Shown: positions 9,080 to 21,943 of the stretch, piece after piece
Numbering within the stretch: position 1 is the stretch's first letter
How the letters are laid out: every line of letters starts with the position of its first letter
From: a virus
Lineage: Duplodnaviria; Caudoviricetes
Reading direction: 5' to 3' (one strand)
IMG/VR virus record: IMGVR_UViG_3300002515_000003
Span: 96,001-160,000 of that record
Length of the DNA: 64,000 bases
Notes under the pieces: model-generated
Told to the model about the DNA's origin: nothing
Database searches by the model: none
What the model saw: the letters and a program-made list of their open reading frames with translations, nothing else
Translations under genes and position numbers: made by a program

Positions 9080-12000
9080 CTATTTATTAATATTAAATTG
9101 TATTATTTTATCTTTACTTTGTCTTGTATTATAAATGAAGTTTCCTAACGAACTTCTATTTCCACTGATGTACTTAAATAAACTCTTATTCTTGTCGGGA
9201 CTTATATCATTCAATACAGTATATAATTCTTTGCCTTTTTTAGTTTTTAATATAATAGAATCATCTATATTTACATTCATTAAAACTCCTACAACTTTGT
9301 CATCTATCATATTTTTAATATCTAATTTTATTCCACCTACGCCCTTCCCATTTTTAGATGCTACTGAATTTATAGACTCTGTTGATATTATTAATCCATG
9401 ACCACTTTGAGTTACTAATAATATGTCTATATCTTGTTTAGATACTGTTGTAGATACTAATGGACTATTTGTATTATATATTTTATCAATAGCAACTTGA
9501 CGATTTTGTACTGGCTTAGATTTAATTAAACTCATTTTACTGACATTTCCGTTTTCAAATGCACATATTAAATTTTCTAACCAATCTTTAGTTGCATGAA
9601 TATATATTACTTTCTCATCCTCTTGTAAGTATTCACCTAACCATGTAGTCATAAATGTTCCAAATTCTGAAGGTAAACAATCTTGTAAATCATATGGATT
9701 TCGTATTAATAATCTTCCTTGATTCGTTATAAGAAGTAAGGAATCTTTATTATTACATTGTATCATCTGTAAGACAGTATCATCTTCTGTTAACTTTTGA
9801 GTATCTGAATATTTACGAGTTTTCTTAATATATTTTGTAGTTAGGATAATTGTAGGATTATAATCTTCTACAAGGTCTGATTTTTCAATTTCTTGAATTT
9901 GTTTATTAGATATAATCTCAGTCATTCTTTCTTTACCATATTTCTTTTTACTGTATTCTAATTGTTCTCTTATAGTGGCATTGAAATATTCTATATTATT
10001 TTCTTTTGATGATAAATCTATAATTTCTTCTTCAAGAATACCAATATTAGCAGTTCTTTTTATAAAGTTTTCTTTATTAATTTGGTATACTTTCATATTT
10101 ATTACTGCCATTCCTTGTAATTCGTCTATATCAAAATATTCCATAACCTTACTAAGAGACTCTTTATCTGTTTTAGATTCTTTCATTAATTGGATTAATT
10201 TATCAATATCCAACAATACTTTTTCCAATCCTCTTAATAAATGCAGTTGTTCTAGTTTTTTCTCTTTGTCAAATTTAATAACTCTATCTATACTAGAATA
10301 TCTAAAACGAAACCACTCATCTAATATTGCTTTTATTCCCATTAATCTTGGAATTCCATCTAGACAAACAATATTCATATTAAAACTATACATGTCTTGT
10401 AATCTAGTTTGACTATATAATATATTCATTAGCTTTTCAACATTACAATTTTTCTTAATATTAATTTGTATGCACATTCCTAATTTAAAATCGGTTGCAT
10501 CAATTACCTTGGTTATGTCTTTTATAACGCTAGTATTACATAATTCGTTAATTCGTTCAATTATAACTTCTCTTGTTGTTGTATAAGGTATCTCTGTTAT
10601 AAATATTGAGTTATTCTTCACATAATATCTGCCCCTAAGAGGAATACTTCCCTTTCCTGTTTCATATATATTATCTAATATTTTAGTGTCAATTAAAGAA
10701 TATCCTTTTGTAGCAAAATCAGGGGATAATAGGTAATCAGATACTTTTAAATCTTTATTGTTTATATATTCAATAGTCAAATCACAAACTTCGTTTAAAT
10801 TAAAACTAGGTGTGCATGAAGCCATACCTACTGCAATACCCTTGTTACAATTTACAAGCACGTTGGGAAATATTGTGGGCAATAATGTAGGCTCTTGCTT
10901 TCGACCATCAAAATTGGGTATAAAATTTACTGCATTCTTATTTATATCTTTAAAAAACTCTTTATTAATTTCATTAGCACCAGTTTCAGTATATCTGGAA
11001 TGAGCTTCTTGTAAATCTCTTGAAGTATGCTGACCAAAATTGCCTTTACCATTTACATATGTATATAATAAAGTATCTTTTTGTCCCATTCTAACTAAGG
11101 TCTGATAAATTGCACCATCTCCATGAATATTATAAGAAGTATTAGAACCAACAACATTCAAAGATTTACTTCTTCTACCATATAAATTCATTTCATGAAG
11201 AGTCCAAAGTAGCTTTCTATGAGAAGCTTTGAATCCGTCAATTCCTATAATCGCACGTTCTTTAATAACCTCAATCGCATATGGTAAACAGTTTTCATCA
11301 AGTACTTGGGTTATATCTTTTTGAGAAATAGGTTCAAAATATTCAACATAATCAAAGTTATTAATAATTACTTCTCTTCTAGGTGCTACTTCATCCCCCT
11401 GCCATAATTCAAACTTCTCAGCCATTAATTTTGTATCTGCTACAGTTACTTGTGTAATTTTTCGAGTTTCAGGTGTCATCATTGTTTCAGATATTATATC
11501 TGGTTCTACTTCCCCTAACCCCTTATTCCGCTCGGGATTGGAGTATTTAATATCTTTTGAATCTAACTCTATAAGTTTCTCTACTTTTTCTTGTTCTGTA
11601 TACACATAGGTTATTAAATTTCCCTTCAAGTCGTTAATTTCATACAATGGACTCTCAGCAATGTACACATATCCTTCTTCTACTAGGGTAGGGGCTAACT
11701 TATACATACAAGTGAGGATTAATGCTCTAATGTTATAAGCGTCAGTATCACTGTCTGTGGCTAGTATTATCTTGTGGTATTTTAGTTTAGTAATATCAAA
11801 GCAATTTAATTCTTTATTATGCTTATCTCTAACTTCAATTCCACATCCTAATTTTCTAAATAATTGCACAACTATTTTATTTTTAAATATCTTTTCATAA
11901 TCTGCTTTTAATAATGATAACATCTTACCACCTACATGTATACAAGCTTGAAAATTAGAATTTCTTCCCATAATTATACTACCTTGAGCAGACGAACCTT

Positions 12001-13345
12001 CTGCTACATATATTTCAGCTTCTTCTGGATTAGTGGTAACACAATCATAAAAGTTTTCAATCTTATCTTTAGATGTATTTTTATCATCTAATTGTTTTTT
12101 TAAGTTCAACTTAGTCTTTTCTGCTTTAGTCCTAGCTCTCATGTTATTCAATATTGTAGAACATATTAAATTTGCTTGAAAACTATTTTCTAAGAAATAA
12201 ACTTGTAGTTTGGTTTTTAATGAATCTGTCACAAATTCTTTTATAAACTCATTGTCGATACTTCGCTTAGTTTGATTTTCATAGCTAGTATAATTTGAAA
12301 AGCTTGATATAATACAAATTAAACTATCTTCAATATCTGTAAATTTTACTTTTTTTTCATCTTTAGTATATAAATTATTAGAACTAATATATTCATGTAT
12401 TGTATCAACAAATGATTTTTCAATAGCTTTTGCAGTAACCCCACCTTGAGTTAATTCTGAGCTATTATGATAATGATGAAGTTCATTTATTTCATTATTG
12501 AATGTAAAAACCATTTCATATCTTGTATTATATTCGTCTTTATCTTGTCTATCCTTTCCTCTACCTGAGTCTTCAAATTTTACAACATCAATTAAGTTTT
12601 TATCATTGGAAATTTCTAATATATAATCTTCTATCCCATTTTCATAATATAAATTATAAGATTTGTTATTAATTTCATCTATTATATCAATATATAATCC
12701 TTTATTTACAAACGCTTGTTTTTTGAATTTATCAACTATCCACTCTATGGGGATGTCTATTTCACTAAATACATTTATATCGGGCTTATAATGTATAATT
12801 GTACCTGTTCTATCTGTATTATTTTCTTCAATTCTTAAAGCTCTTTCTCCTTGCTCTTTTGTGAATAGTGGGTCATCATCATCACATATAAATTCGTTAG
12901 TATCTTTATCAATAGGTCTACCTATTTTACAATTAACTATATACTTTTTACCATCTCTATACGATATAACTTTCATAAATTCAGCACTGAACTGGGACGT
13001 ACAAAGTCCCAACCCATGACTACCAATTGCTTCCGAATCCTTCTTATAATTATCTCCAGCATATAGCATCTTTATTGCTAAGTCCCAATTGAACCCCTTT
13101 TCCTTATCGTTCCAAGCCATAGGTAAACCCTCTGCGAAATCCTCTACTGAATAACTCATATCAGAATGCTTAGTTATTATAACTTTATTGCCATGACCTT
13201 TTTTAAATCTATCTATACTATTACTTCCTATTTCAAAGAGGGATTGTTGAGAACCCCTAATATCAGAATTACCAAACATTACGTTTACTTGTTGTCTTAC
13301 TCTCTGTGAACCTTTTAATCGTTGTAACTCTCCCATTAACATCAA
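9080..13345 (-). CDS. Type IIA DNA topoisomerase, single-chain GyrB/ParE-GyrA/ParC fusion
   Basis: GHKL (EIGSNSID, GSHGLG), TOPRIM (AEGSSA, DSDTD), KGLGE, then DGFKASHRK, HGD, SRYTE catalytic Tyr and beta-pinwheel-like CTD in one 1421-aa frame. Confidence 0.92.
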   Translation of the reverse strand: MMLMGELQRLKGSQRVRQQVNVMFGNSDIRGSQQSLFEIGSNSIDRFKKGHGNKVIITKHSDMSYSVEDFAEGLPMAWNDKEKGFNWDLAIKMLYAGDNYKKDSEAIGSHGLGLCTSQFSAEFMKVISYRDGKKYIVNCKIGRPIDKDTNEFICDDDDPLFTKEQGERALRIEENNTDRTGTIIHYKPDINVFSEIDIPIEWIVDKFKKQAFVNKGLYIDIIDEINNKSYNLYYENGIEDYILEISNDKNLIDVVKFEDSGRGKDRQDKDEYNTRYEMVFTFNNEINELHHYHNSSELTQGGVTAKAIEKSFVDTIHEYISSNNLYTKDEKKVKFTDIEDSLICIISSFSNYTSYENQTKRSIDNEFIKEFVTDSLKTKLQVYFLENSFQANLICSTILNNMRARTKAEKTKLNLKKQLDDKNTSKDKIENFYDCVTTNPEEAEIYVAEGSSAQGSIIMGRNSNFQACIHVGGKMLSLLKADYEKIFKNKIVVQLFRKLGCGIEVRDKHNKELNCFDITKLKYHKIILATDSDTDAYNIRALILTCMYKLAPTLVEEGYVYIAESPLYEINDLKGNLITYVYTEQEKVEKLIELDSKDIKYSNPERNKGLGEVEPDIISETMMTPETRKITQVTVADTKLMAEKFELWQGDEVAPRREVIINNFDYVEYFEPISQKDITQVLDENCLPYAIEVIKERAIIGIDGFKASHRKLLWTLHEMNLYGRRSKSLNVVGSNTSYNIHGDGAIYQTLVRMGQKDTLLYTYVNGKGNFGQHTSRDLQEAHSRYTETGANEINKEFFKDINKNAVNFIPNFDGRKQEPTLLPTIFPNVLVNCNKGIAVGMASCTPSFNLNEVCDLTIEYINNKDLKVSDYLLSPDFATKGYSLIDTKILDNIYETGKGSIPLRGRYYVKNNSIFITEIPYTTTREVIIERINELCNTSVIKDITKVIDATDFKLGMCIQINIKKNCNVEKLMNILYSQTRLQDMYSFNMNIVCLDGIPRLMGIKAILDEWFRFRYSSIDRVIKFDKEKKLEQLHLLRGLEKVLLDIDKLIQLMKESKTDKESLSKVMEYFDIDELQGMAVINMKVYQINKENFIKRTANIGILEEEIIDLSSKENNIEYFNATIREQLEYSKKKYGKERMTEIISNKQIQEIEKSDLVEDYNPTIILTTKYIKKTRKYSDTQKLTEDDTVLQMIQCNNKDSLLLITNQGRLLIRNPYDLQDCLPSEFGTFMTTWLGEYLQEDEKVIYIHATKDWLENLICAFENGNVSKMSLIKSKPVQNRQVAIDKIYNTNSPLVSTTVSKQDIDILLVTQSGHGLIISTESINSVASKNGKGVGGIKLDIKNMIDDKVVGVLMNVNIDDSIILKTKKGKELYTVLNDISPDKNKSLFKYISGNRSSLGNFIYNTRQSKDKIIQFNINK

Positions 13346-13366
13346 TCTCCTTAAATTAATTATGTA

Positions 13367-14482
13367 TTATTTTATGCTTATGTATTTTTCGATTCCATTT
13401 TCTTTAATGTCTTCATATATCTCTTTGTATTTTTCTTTTAATATTTCAAATCGTGGAGAAAATTCTTTATAATAATATAATTCATATATTTCTCTATGAT
13501 AAACAGCTTCTTCATAAGTTTTAAAACTTCCTACACACCCACTATTATTTTTAACTTGTTGCATGATTTTTTCAGATAAATAAGCAACCCAAGGCTTAAA
13601 TTTTCTTCTTTTGCTATCATAAAACACACCTATACATCCTGAACTATTATATTGTTCTATGTCTATTTTATCAAAACTATTTTCTAATTGTGTGCATAAA
13701 AGTAAATTACTTATTCTATTATCAGTAATTATATGGTTCTTATGATGTACCACCTTATCTTTAGGAGCATTTAATAAAAATCTATGTAGGAACACTGTCT
13801 TTTTATTTATCCAACCACAAACATATCCACTACTACTTAATCTCCATTTATATTGTTTTACTCTTTCGGCATCTTCTAAAGATATTTGAGTATAAGCATG
13901 TGGTATATAATTGATATTATATAATGTTATTTCTGCATATGAGTTATGATATTTTATTTCTAAGTCATCATATCTATTTCTGTCAGGCACAAACCCATGT
14001 TTTTTATTAATATAATAATGATTTTTACAAAATCCTGTAGCAAAAGCCTTGTCGTTACATCCATCTACTTTACATTTTATTCCTTCTGTTAAATGTCTAT
14101 TATGATATTCACAATAACCTTTAGCGTGATAAATACTGTCACATCCATCAATATTACATATTCTTTGACCTTTTTCATTTTTTACAATTAAATTATTATT
14201 TGTATCAAATTTATATAATCCTTTTCTTATGCATTTGTAACAAATATATTTACCATCATGTTTTAGTGTGTTTTTAATATAATTTTTGTAACTAATAGTA
14301 TCATTTTTATTTTCACAGTTTGGATTATCACAAATTACATCAATATACATTCCTTTATTCATCAAATCATCGATATTTATTTCAAACTCATCACCATGTT
14401 TTGTAAATTTATATCCCTTTTCTTCATACCATTTTCTATTAGCACCGTTCCATTTTATTTGTAGTGTCTTAGTTATTATCAT
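13367..14482 (-). CDS. HNH/AP2-type homing endonuclease
   Basis: LHRFLL...VHHKNH...DNRISNL; SGCIGVFYD...WVAY...GSFKTYEEA AP2-like tail. Confidence 0.85.
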   Translation of the reverse strand: MIITKTLQIKWNGANRKWYEEKGYKFTKHGDEFEINIDDLMNKGMYIDVICDNPNCENKNDTISYKNYIKNTLKHDGKYICYKCIRKGLYKFDTNNNLIVKNEKGQRICNIDGCDSIYHAKGYCEYHNRHLTEGIKCKVDGCNDKAFATGFCKNHYYINKKHGFVPDRNRYDDLEIKYHNSYAEITLYNINYIPHAYTQISLEDAERVKQYKWRLSSSGYVCGWINKKTVFLHRFLLNAPKDKVVHHKNHIITDNRISNLLLCTQLENSFDKIDIEQYNSSGCIGVFYDSKRRKFKPWVAYLSEKIMQQVKNNSGCVGSFKTYEEAVYHREIYELYYYKEFSPRFEILKEKYKEIYEDIKENGIEKYISIK

Positions 14483-14500
14483 TATTATTTTATCCTCTCC

Positions 14501-14905
14501 TTATTTTTCAATTGTTTCATCTATTTTTCTTTCAATGCCATTTTTAACTTCTACATATTTATATCCTTTTATAGTTTTTATCTCGGGCAATGAATTAATT
14601 ATTTCTTTACAAGATTTATCTAATAATTCATTAGGTAATAAATCATACAGTATATCGTAATCACTCGTAGTACCCTCAATTTGACTCCAATATATTGTTA
14701 AGCATGTATGATTATTCAATTCATTAATTAGATATGAATATGCACTATTATTAATACCATTACATACCGAGTTAACATCTAATCCCTTATCATAAGGACT
14801 AAAAATTATCATGTTGTTATTTATATCGTCATAATACACCTCGTTTCTTCCACTCTTTTTAATTCTTTTAAACATGTTTATTAAATCTCTTAATTCTAAT
14901 TCCAT
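14501..14905 (-). CDS. Hypothetical protein
   Basis: 134-aa ORF with AGGAG RBS. Confidence 0.6.
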   Translation of the reverse strand: MELELRDLINMFKRIKKSGRNEVYYDDINNNMIIFSPYDKGLDVNSVCNGINNSAYSYLINELNNHTCLTIYWSQIEGTTSDYDILYDLLPNELLDKSCKEIINSLPEIKTIKGYKYVEVKNGIERKIDETIEK

Positions 14906-15056
14906 TTCATTCTCTCTCCTTTGTTATATACATTTTATATTACTATGTTCTTAATATTGTTACTAATATCTTCCTTATATTCTCAGTATAACTCTTTATT
15001 GGATTAATTACAATACTTATTTTATATTATTATATTTTATATGTATTTAAAAATTC

Positions 15057-15243
15057 TTATCCCTCAATTAACTCAATATCTCCCAAATTATCTTCTCTAA
15101 TAATATATCTTGTGTCAGGAAACGCCATACTAAATACTTCAGCTCTCTTATCAACCTTATTTATATTTTCAACTATTCCACGTAATCCCCACTTCTTGAC
15201 CTTGTTTGACTTCTTCAAAGTTATTATATTTTATTAATTCCAT
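15057..15243 (-). pseudogene. Small frameshifted ORF
   Basis: RBS+ATG frame stops after 24 codons; a second frame continues LRGIVEN...IELIEG*. Confidence 0.4.
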
Positions 15244-15286
15244 TTTTAACACTCCTTATTTATTATTTTATTTTAACGAATCTACA

Positions 15287-16021
15287 TCAATAATTTATAT
15301 CTGCATTAGATATGTTAAACTCACTCTCCTCTATATTATATAGATGTCTTAAATCATTCTTAAAACACATATCTCTTTCAATCTGTATAGTTTTCGGTAA
15401 ATCTTTCATATCCTTCATTATATTTTTATTCTCTTTATTAAAAATTTTTATATTATTATAAATATAATCGTTCCCTTTAATTCTTTCTTTAATCTCAGCA
15501 TCTTTTTCAGTTGACATTGAATTTGAAAATAACATATTCGCATAATTATTATAGGATTTTTTACTGAGAGAACATATATTAACATTTCTTAAACTCTCAT
15601 TTGAACGTTCTTGTCTTACATCATAATCTAAAATAATATCACTACAACAATCTCTTATAATAGAATCAATTTTAATATAATTATCATATAATTTACAAGA
15701 TAATTTTAATAAATTATATAAATCATAGAACTTACCAGACTTTATTTTATACGTATCTGTTATATTATGTATGTAAAAATCTATTTCAAAATTATAAGTT
15801 GGCATATGAGAAATTATTGCATAAGTTATATCTCCCAACCCTCTTTTGTAATTTTCTTTATTTGTTTTCTTATTCAATATGAATTCTATATTTGTCAAAG
15901 GATATTTAATTCTTATTTCTTGTAATAATCTTATTGAAGTATTATATGAAACATCATTTATAATAACATCTGGCGACACTTCACTTGTTTCATTATAATT
16001 ATTTATTCTTAAATTTTCCAA
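15287..16021 (-). CDS. Hypothetical protein
   Basis: 244-aa ORF abutting upstream gene. Confidence 0.65.
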   Translation of the reverse strand: MENLRINNYNETSEVSPDVIINDVSYNTSIRLLQEIRIKYPLTNIEFILNKKTNKENYKRGLGDITYAIISHMPTYNFEIDFYIHNITDTYKIKSGKFYDLYNLLKLSCKLYDNYIKIDSIIRDCCSDIILDYDVRQERSNESLRNVNICSLSKKSYNNYANMLFSNSMSTEKDAEIKERIKGNDYIYNNIKIFNKENKNIMKDMKDLPKTIQIERDMCFKNDLRHLYNIEESEFNISNADINY

Positions 16022-16600
16022 TTAAATCTCTCCTCTTTTTAATATTTCTTCAATTTCTAACCAACCCTCAACTCTAATTATATTCTCATGTCTCACATCT
16101 TTATTATAATTAGCATCCATTAGAAGTACCTTTATACCACTATCAGCTAACTCAAGTGCGTTATTTTCACAGTCCTCGACAAATACATCAACTCCTAATT
16201 CCTTTGCTTTATCAACCTTATAATGGCTACTAAGCATATGCAAAGGAATATCTTGTAATTTATTATCCTTTAAATAATCTTCAGTTCTTTTTCTAACATA
16301 TTCAGTGTCTTCCCTAGCTGTTATAAAATTACAATTATGAATAAGTTTAATTCGTAATAAAACCTCTACAACATTTTCTCTAATATCAACACTATCAAAG
16401 AATCCTTTAATATTTTGATTATATTTTAGTTTCCATTGTTCTTCTGTTACTCCGAATATATCACGTAAGTAATATTGGGTACATTGAGATTCTATTATAT
16501 TCGTATTGTGTAATTTATTGAAATAAGGTAAATAGTAATATGAATTTGACAATACACCATCAATATCTATTGCCAAATTAAGCTTTCTCATTATCTTCAC
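16022..16600 (-). CDS. HAD-family 5'(3')-deoxyribonucleotidase (NT5C-like)
   Basis: IDIDGVL, ITAR, K, FVED motifs. Confidence 0.88.
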   Translation of the reverse strand: MKIMRKLNLAIDIDGVLSNSYYYLPYFNKLHNTNIIESQCTQYYLRDIFGVTEEQWKLKYNQNIKGFFDSVDIRENVVEVLLRIKLIHNCNFITAREDTEYVRKRTEDYLKDNKLQDIPLHMLSSHYKVDKAKELGVDVFVEDCENNALELADSGIKVLLMDANYNKDVRHENIIRVEGWLEIEEILKRGEI

Positions 16601-19600
16601 CTTCTGTTATAGAATTTTCTATTTCTACTAAACTTATATATTCATATTTATTATCCATATTACAAATAAATTTAAAATCTATTGGTTCGCCTTGAAATAT
16701 ATTTAACCCCCTTTTACAATAGCTCAAAATAGGACATTCTTTAAAAATACACGAGCATAATTTCGCCATATTTACATCTCTCCTTTATATATAATTTTAT
16801 ATTATTTACTTATTCTATTTTTTCGGTACTACTCCTGTATCTAAGAACTCTTTAAATCCATCTACAACTTGTTTGTCAGTGTCAATAAGTTTACCATGCA
16901 AATATATTTCTCCATTATGTTCAAATCTTAGAATTTCTTTGAAATTACCTGTTATTATCATTAGTGATTCGTCTTTATTGGCATTAAAATTAATTATATT
17001 ATCATTTAGTGGAATTTCTAATGCCTCACATTTTATTACTTTATAAAATTCAGCATCTTCTTTTGATTGACATGCTTTTATTAATCCTTTTGCTAATTCT
17101 AAATCCATTAATATCACTCCTTCGTATTAATTATATTACTTCAATCCAATATCCCTTCTCAAAATAATCCTCAACTTGACTAGTAGGATAATCTTCTTCC
17201 ATTAATTCTTCTCCCTCAAGCCAAGTAATATATGTAATTTCAGGATTATTTATATCTTGAGTTGCTAGATAATCAAAATCCTTTTCTTCATCATACTCTA
17301 CAAGTTCTTTATTTAAATGAAATAATATATGTTCTGTCATTTTTATTCAACTCTCCTTTATTTATATTTTAGGTAATTTCTTAGCCCATTTTAACAATTC
17401 TATATTTGCTAGTAATATTAATTTGTAAAGCTTCTCTTCTTTATTTTTATATTTATCTACTGTATATGTATTTTCAGATGATAGAACTCCAAAACTATTT
17501 TCTATAGTTGTATGATTATCATCGTCATATTTAATGGAAAATCCTTTTGGAATAGTTTCAAAAGTTATTCTCTCTGCAAATCTTATATAACAGTAAGGTA
17601 GTTCATCGTAATAATGTCCTGCACAACAATTGTCACTTATATAGCCCTTCTTATTAAGTTCCATTATAATTGGTAGCATTAACTCATCCACTTCAATTAT
17701 CTTGCCATAGCAGTTATTTTTAGGACACATTAACCAATGTTTATCGTCATATGGAATAGATTTAATTTCTTTTATAGAATCTCTGTATATTTGATTACAT
17801 TTTAAACAAAAATTAGCCATTTATATTATCTCCTTCTGCTATTTGACATACTACTTTAAAATATGCTTGTAATAAATCATTCGCTTCTACTTTAAACATA
17901 AAATCTTCTTTAAAGAAATTATTATTATCTATAAATTCCCAACAAGTAATTTGATAAACATAACTACCTTCAACGGTTTTGCTATCACAAGATATATCTA
18001 TTTTACTATTTGATTTTTCTTCTATAAATTCTCTTAATTGAGTTTCTGTTAATAGAGGAATTATGTCGTCAATATATTGTATATTCCAACTATCTATAGA
18101 TGCACTTGGGCTTCTCCATTCACGCAAAGAGTCTTTATGTCTTAAATCAACAGTTACTATTTCGTACTTATCTACTTTTATAACTATATATTTTTGTCTT
18201 TCTTCGTTTCTTTTTCTATAAAATAAATCATATTGTTCAATATTGTTCTTCCACCAATCTATTAAAGTTTCTTGTACTTCTTCTGATTGTTTTAAAAATT
18301 GTTCTACTGTTATGTATCTCATTAGTTACACTCCTCTTATTTTATATTATTTTAATACTTCTAACTCAACTCGTTTTAATAAATCTATCATGTAATCATA
18401 ACTTCCTTCGCTTTCATAATCACCTTTTATTGATTCTAGTGATTTTTGAAGTGATTTAACTATATTCATTGCTCCTTGATTATAACCATCTTTAAATTGT
18501 TGTACCATTAGTTCTCTTAAATCTGTAGAAATTTGTTCTTGATTCATAATTGTTTAGCCTCCTATTTATTTTATATATTATTTTAATCTGATATTTCTTC
18601 TATTAATAAAACTAATAGAAACAATGCCCATAAACAACTTGCACTATGTAATAAAATAGCTACTAATCCTATAGCTAAACATCCTATACTTGATACAATT
18701 GCTTTATTACTAATTTTCATAACTTTCATTCTCCTTTTTTAATTCTTCTTTCAATCTTCTGTTTTCCATTTCTAAACTCCAAGAAGCTAACGTTATTGAT
18801 GTAAGCCATAACAATTGTGTTATTATTAATATAATAATTCCCAATATATTATTTGTAATAGTTCCTACCATCATAGCAATAATGAATGATGGTATAAAAC
18901 ATACTGAACCTAAAATTAATCCTATCAATTCTTTCTTACCTCTTATTTTAAACATGATTTTACTCCTCCTTTATCCTATATTATTTATAATTGTGTGTTC
19001 TTTTATAGATACAAATGCTGAGACTGGTTTTGAATGATGTTTTCTACCTTCAACAATATTCTCTGCTATTTCCCTATTTGGAGCACAACTTTTACAAATA
19101 TATCTTCTAGTAAGTACTCCATTAATTTTAGGATTACTATCAAATTTCCACCCATTCTCTTTCTTAAATTCCTTATGACAAATACAACATTTATTCCAAA
19201 ATAATATTGTATTACATCTTTGTAAATTGTTACTGTTGCTTTTTGAATCTCTCTTCATAATTTAGTCCCCTTTTTTTATATATTTAATCAATCGCTTTAT
19301 TCAATACAAGACACTTTCTTCTATTCCAAAAACGCCACCATTTAGATGTTTTATATCTGGGGATTGCATTATAATAAATATGTATAATATTTTCACTGTT
19401 AAATAGTAATTCTTTATTATGATTAAGTAGATATTTGGAAGCGTCATTTACTGAAGTAATACATCCATCATATAAATAATTATTATAACTATCTAATATT
19501 CTATCAATGGACTTATTATAATATCCTTTGAATATACTTACATTCAAGTCAAATCCTTTATATATATATTTGTTTGATGTTTTGCTATATGATATACTCC

Positions 19601-21826
19601 TAAAGTTTCAAGTTCATTAATTTCTTTATAAGAAACAAATACTATATGTCCTATTCCTGTTTTGAAATATATAGAATTTGTAGTGTTATTCGCACTCCAT
19701 CCTTCATATTCTCTTATAGTTATATTATCTTCAATGGGTTTTATTGTATTGGTTTCCATCGTAATTCTCTCTTTTAATTTATTTATAGAATAATTCATGT
19801 AATTCTCCTGAAATATCACATTTAATATTTGCTTCATGATTCTCAGGATAGTAATCTTCGTCCTCTTCAATATTGAATTGTTTATTATCTTTATCTGTTA
19901 ATGGAGCTACAATAAAACTAGGTAAACTTGAACAACCATCGAGTGTTACTAATATTGAAAAAGCTAATCCTTCTAATTTTTCTTTAGTAGTATCTTTTTC
20001 TATTCTATCCCAATAATTAACTAACTCTCTTATATGTTCTAAAAACTCCGTTCTAACTTCTTCTACTGTTTTCTCTTTGGACATTTAATAATCACTCCTT
20101 TTATCTTTTATGCCCTCTTTTATGCGTTTTCTAGTTAGGATTCTATAACTTCTAAAATTCTCTTTTGATTCAAATGTTTTATTATAACTCGTAAGTTTAT
20201 GTTTACAATAATTACTTAACCTTTTTTGATATTTATTCATATTTACCAAAACTCCTTTTATTTATATCATTATTATTTAAAACACCATAAAACTCATATT
20301 CTATTGACTTATTTACAAATCCGTCTAGCCTATAGCCCCATTGTTAAAAGTTATTTTGTACTATTAAGGTCATTTTTGCTTAAATGCGTTTAAATTGATT
20401 TTAAATTATATTATGTAATTTTTTAATATTTTTCAACAGAGAGTCGTTTAAATGGCTTCTATATGAAATTATATTAATCTTCAATTTCATTTAAATAATC
20501 AAATATAAAACTGAAGTTGTTTAATTCATCACCAACTAAATATATTTGTGCTAAGTCAATTACTTTATCTATAAATACCTCATCCCATTCTAAATCTTCA
20601 TTATCATATAGTATAATTGAATTTCCATCACTATAACTATTTATGAATTTTGTTGTTGGGTAAAGATTTAATAATTCTTTTATTAATGTATCCATATTTT
20701 TTATACCACCCTCTTTAATATATCTATAGCTAATTTTATTTGAGCAACTTTTTCTTGATTAGCGTCAAAACATAATAAATTTTCTTGTCTTATTATTTGA
20801 TTTAATTCAAAGATTGCATTTTTAAGTCTTACTTTACATTCCATTTCTACAGTTATTGTATTTTCCATAATTATCATTTCTCCTTTTATGTATGTATTAT
20901 TGATTTTCAAATTTGATTATTCCTCAATAGAAACAGTAGTTTCCCCTCTATTTTCATATTCATTATATATTTCTATTTTATCTTCATAGATTTCCATTTC
21001 TAAATATAATCCGCCAATTTCCCATTCAAATTGTATACTATCTCTCCCAGTAGGAGACACAAAAGGTGTTGGGTTCATTTGTTTTACTAAATCTATTGCT
21101 TTATTAATTAACTTTTCTGTAAAAGGGTTAGCATCGTATGTATTCCAATTTTGTTTTAGTTCTTTAAAGCTTTCAATTTTTTCTATTGCTTGTTTTAGTT
21201 CCATAACAATCACATCTCCTTTTTTATTCCCAATAAACCTTCTAATAATTCAACTTTCCCTGATAACATACCAATTCGACATAATGAACCAAAATACAAT
21301 ATATTAGCTTCTCCTTCATATTTTTCTTTATATTCTTTACTCTTATATAATTTTGAATTCTCTTCGCATTCAGCTATTCTTATTTTATAATATTTTAATC
21401 TTTCCTCAAGTCTTAATGATTTAATACTTGTCAAATAATCTTCGTCCAATATTTTACAGTCATTCTTCCAAAACCAATTGCTATCAGCTTCATCTTCTCT
21501 CCCTTTGATAAAATATACATTTTCAGTTAGTAAATCAAATTTTTCCACAACTTCAAACTCTCTTCCTTCCCAACCTTTATAATAGTAATTCCCATATTCA
21601 ATTCTTATTCTCATTTTATATCATTTCTCCTTTATTAATACTTTAACCTTTGTCCACATTTATAACAATACTCAACATGATTAGGATTAGTAACTTCATT
21701 TCCACACATAGGACATCTTTCACCTTCTGTTTCAGTTATTATAATTTTATGTGGTATATTTTTATCTAAACATTGTTTAACATACCACACACCCCATCTT
21801 TCATCTCTAGTTGTCTGGTTAAACAT
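16578..21826 (-). other. Cluster of ~18 small co-oriented hypothetical ORFs (63-169 aa)
   Basis: Tightly packed ORFs, most with GGAG-type RBS; several Cys-rich or acidic. Confidence 0.7.
20287..20455. repeat. Dispersed ~170-bp element copy 2
   Basis: ATAAAA-ctcata-TTCTAT; ATAGCCCCATT; AAGGTCA; TGCTTAAA; GTTTAAATG; collinear with 35174 copy. Confidence 0.7.
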
Positions 21827-21943
21827 TATTGTTTCCTCCTTATTTGACTATTTTAATATTATAAACTTGCATAATATTGATGAGTGTCTCAGAATTAACG
21901 TCTTAGTATAATTGACTATGCAAGTTTATAGATTGTTATGTCA

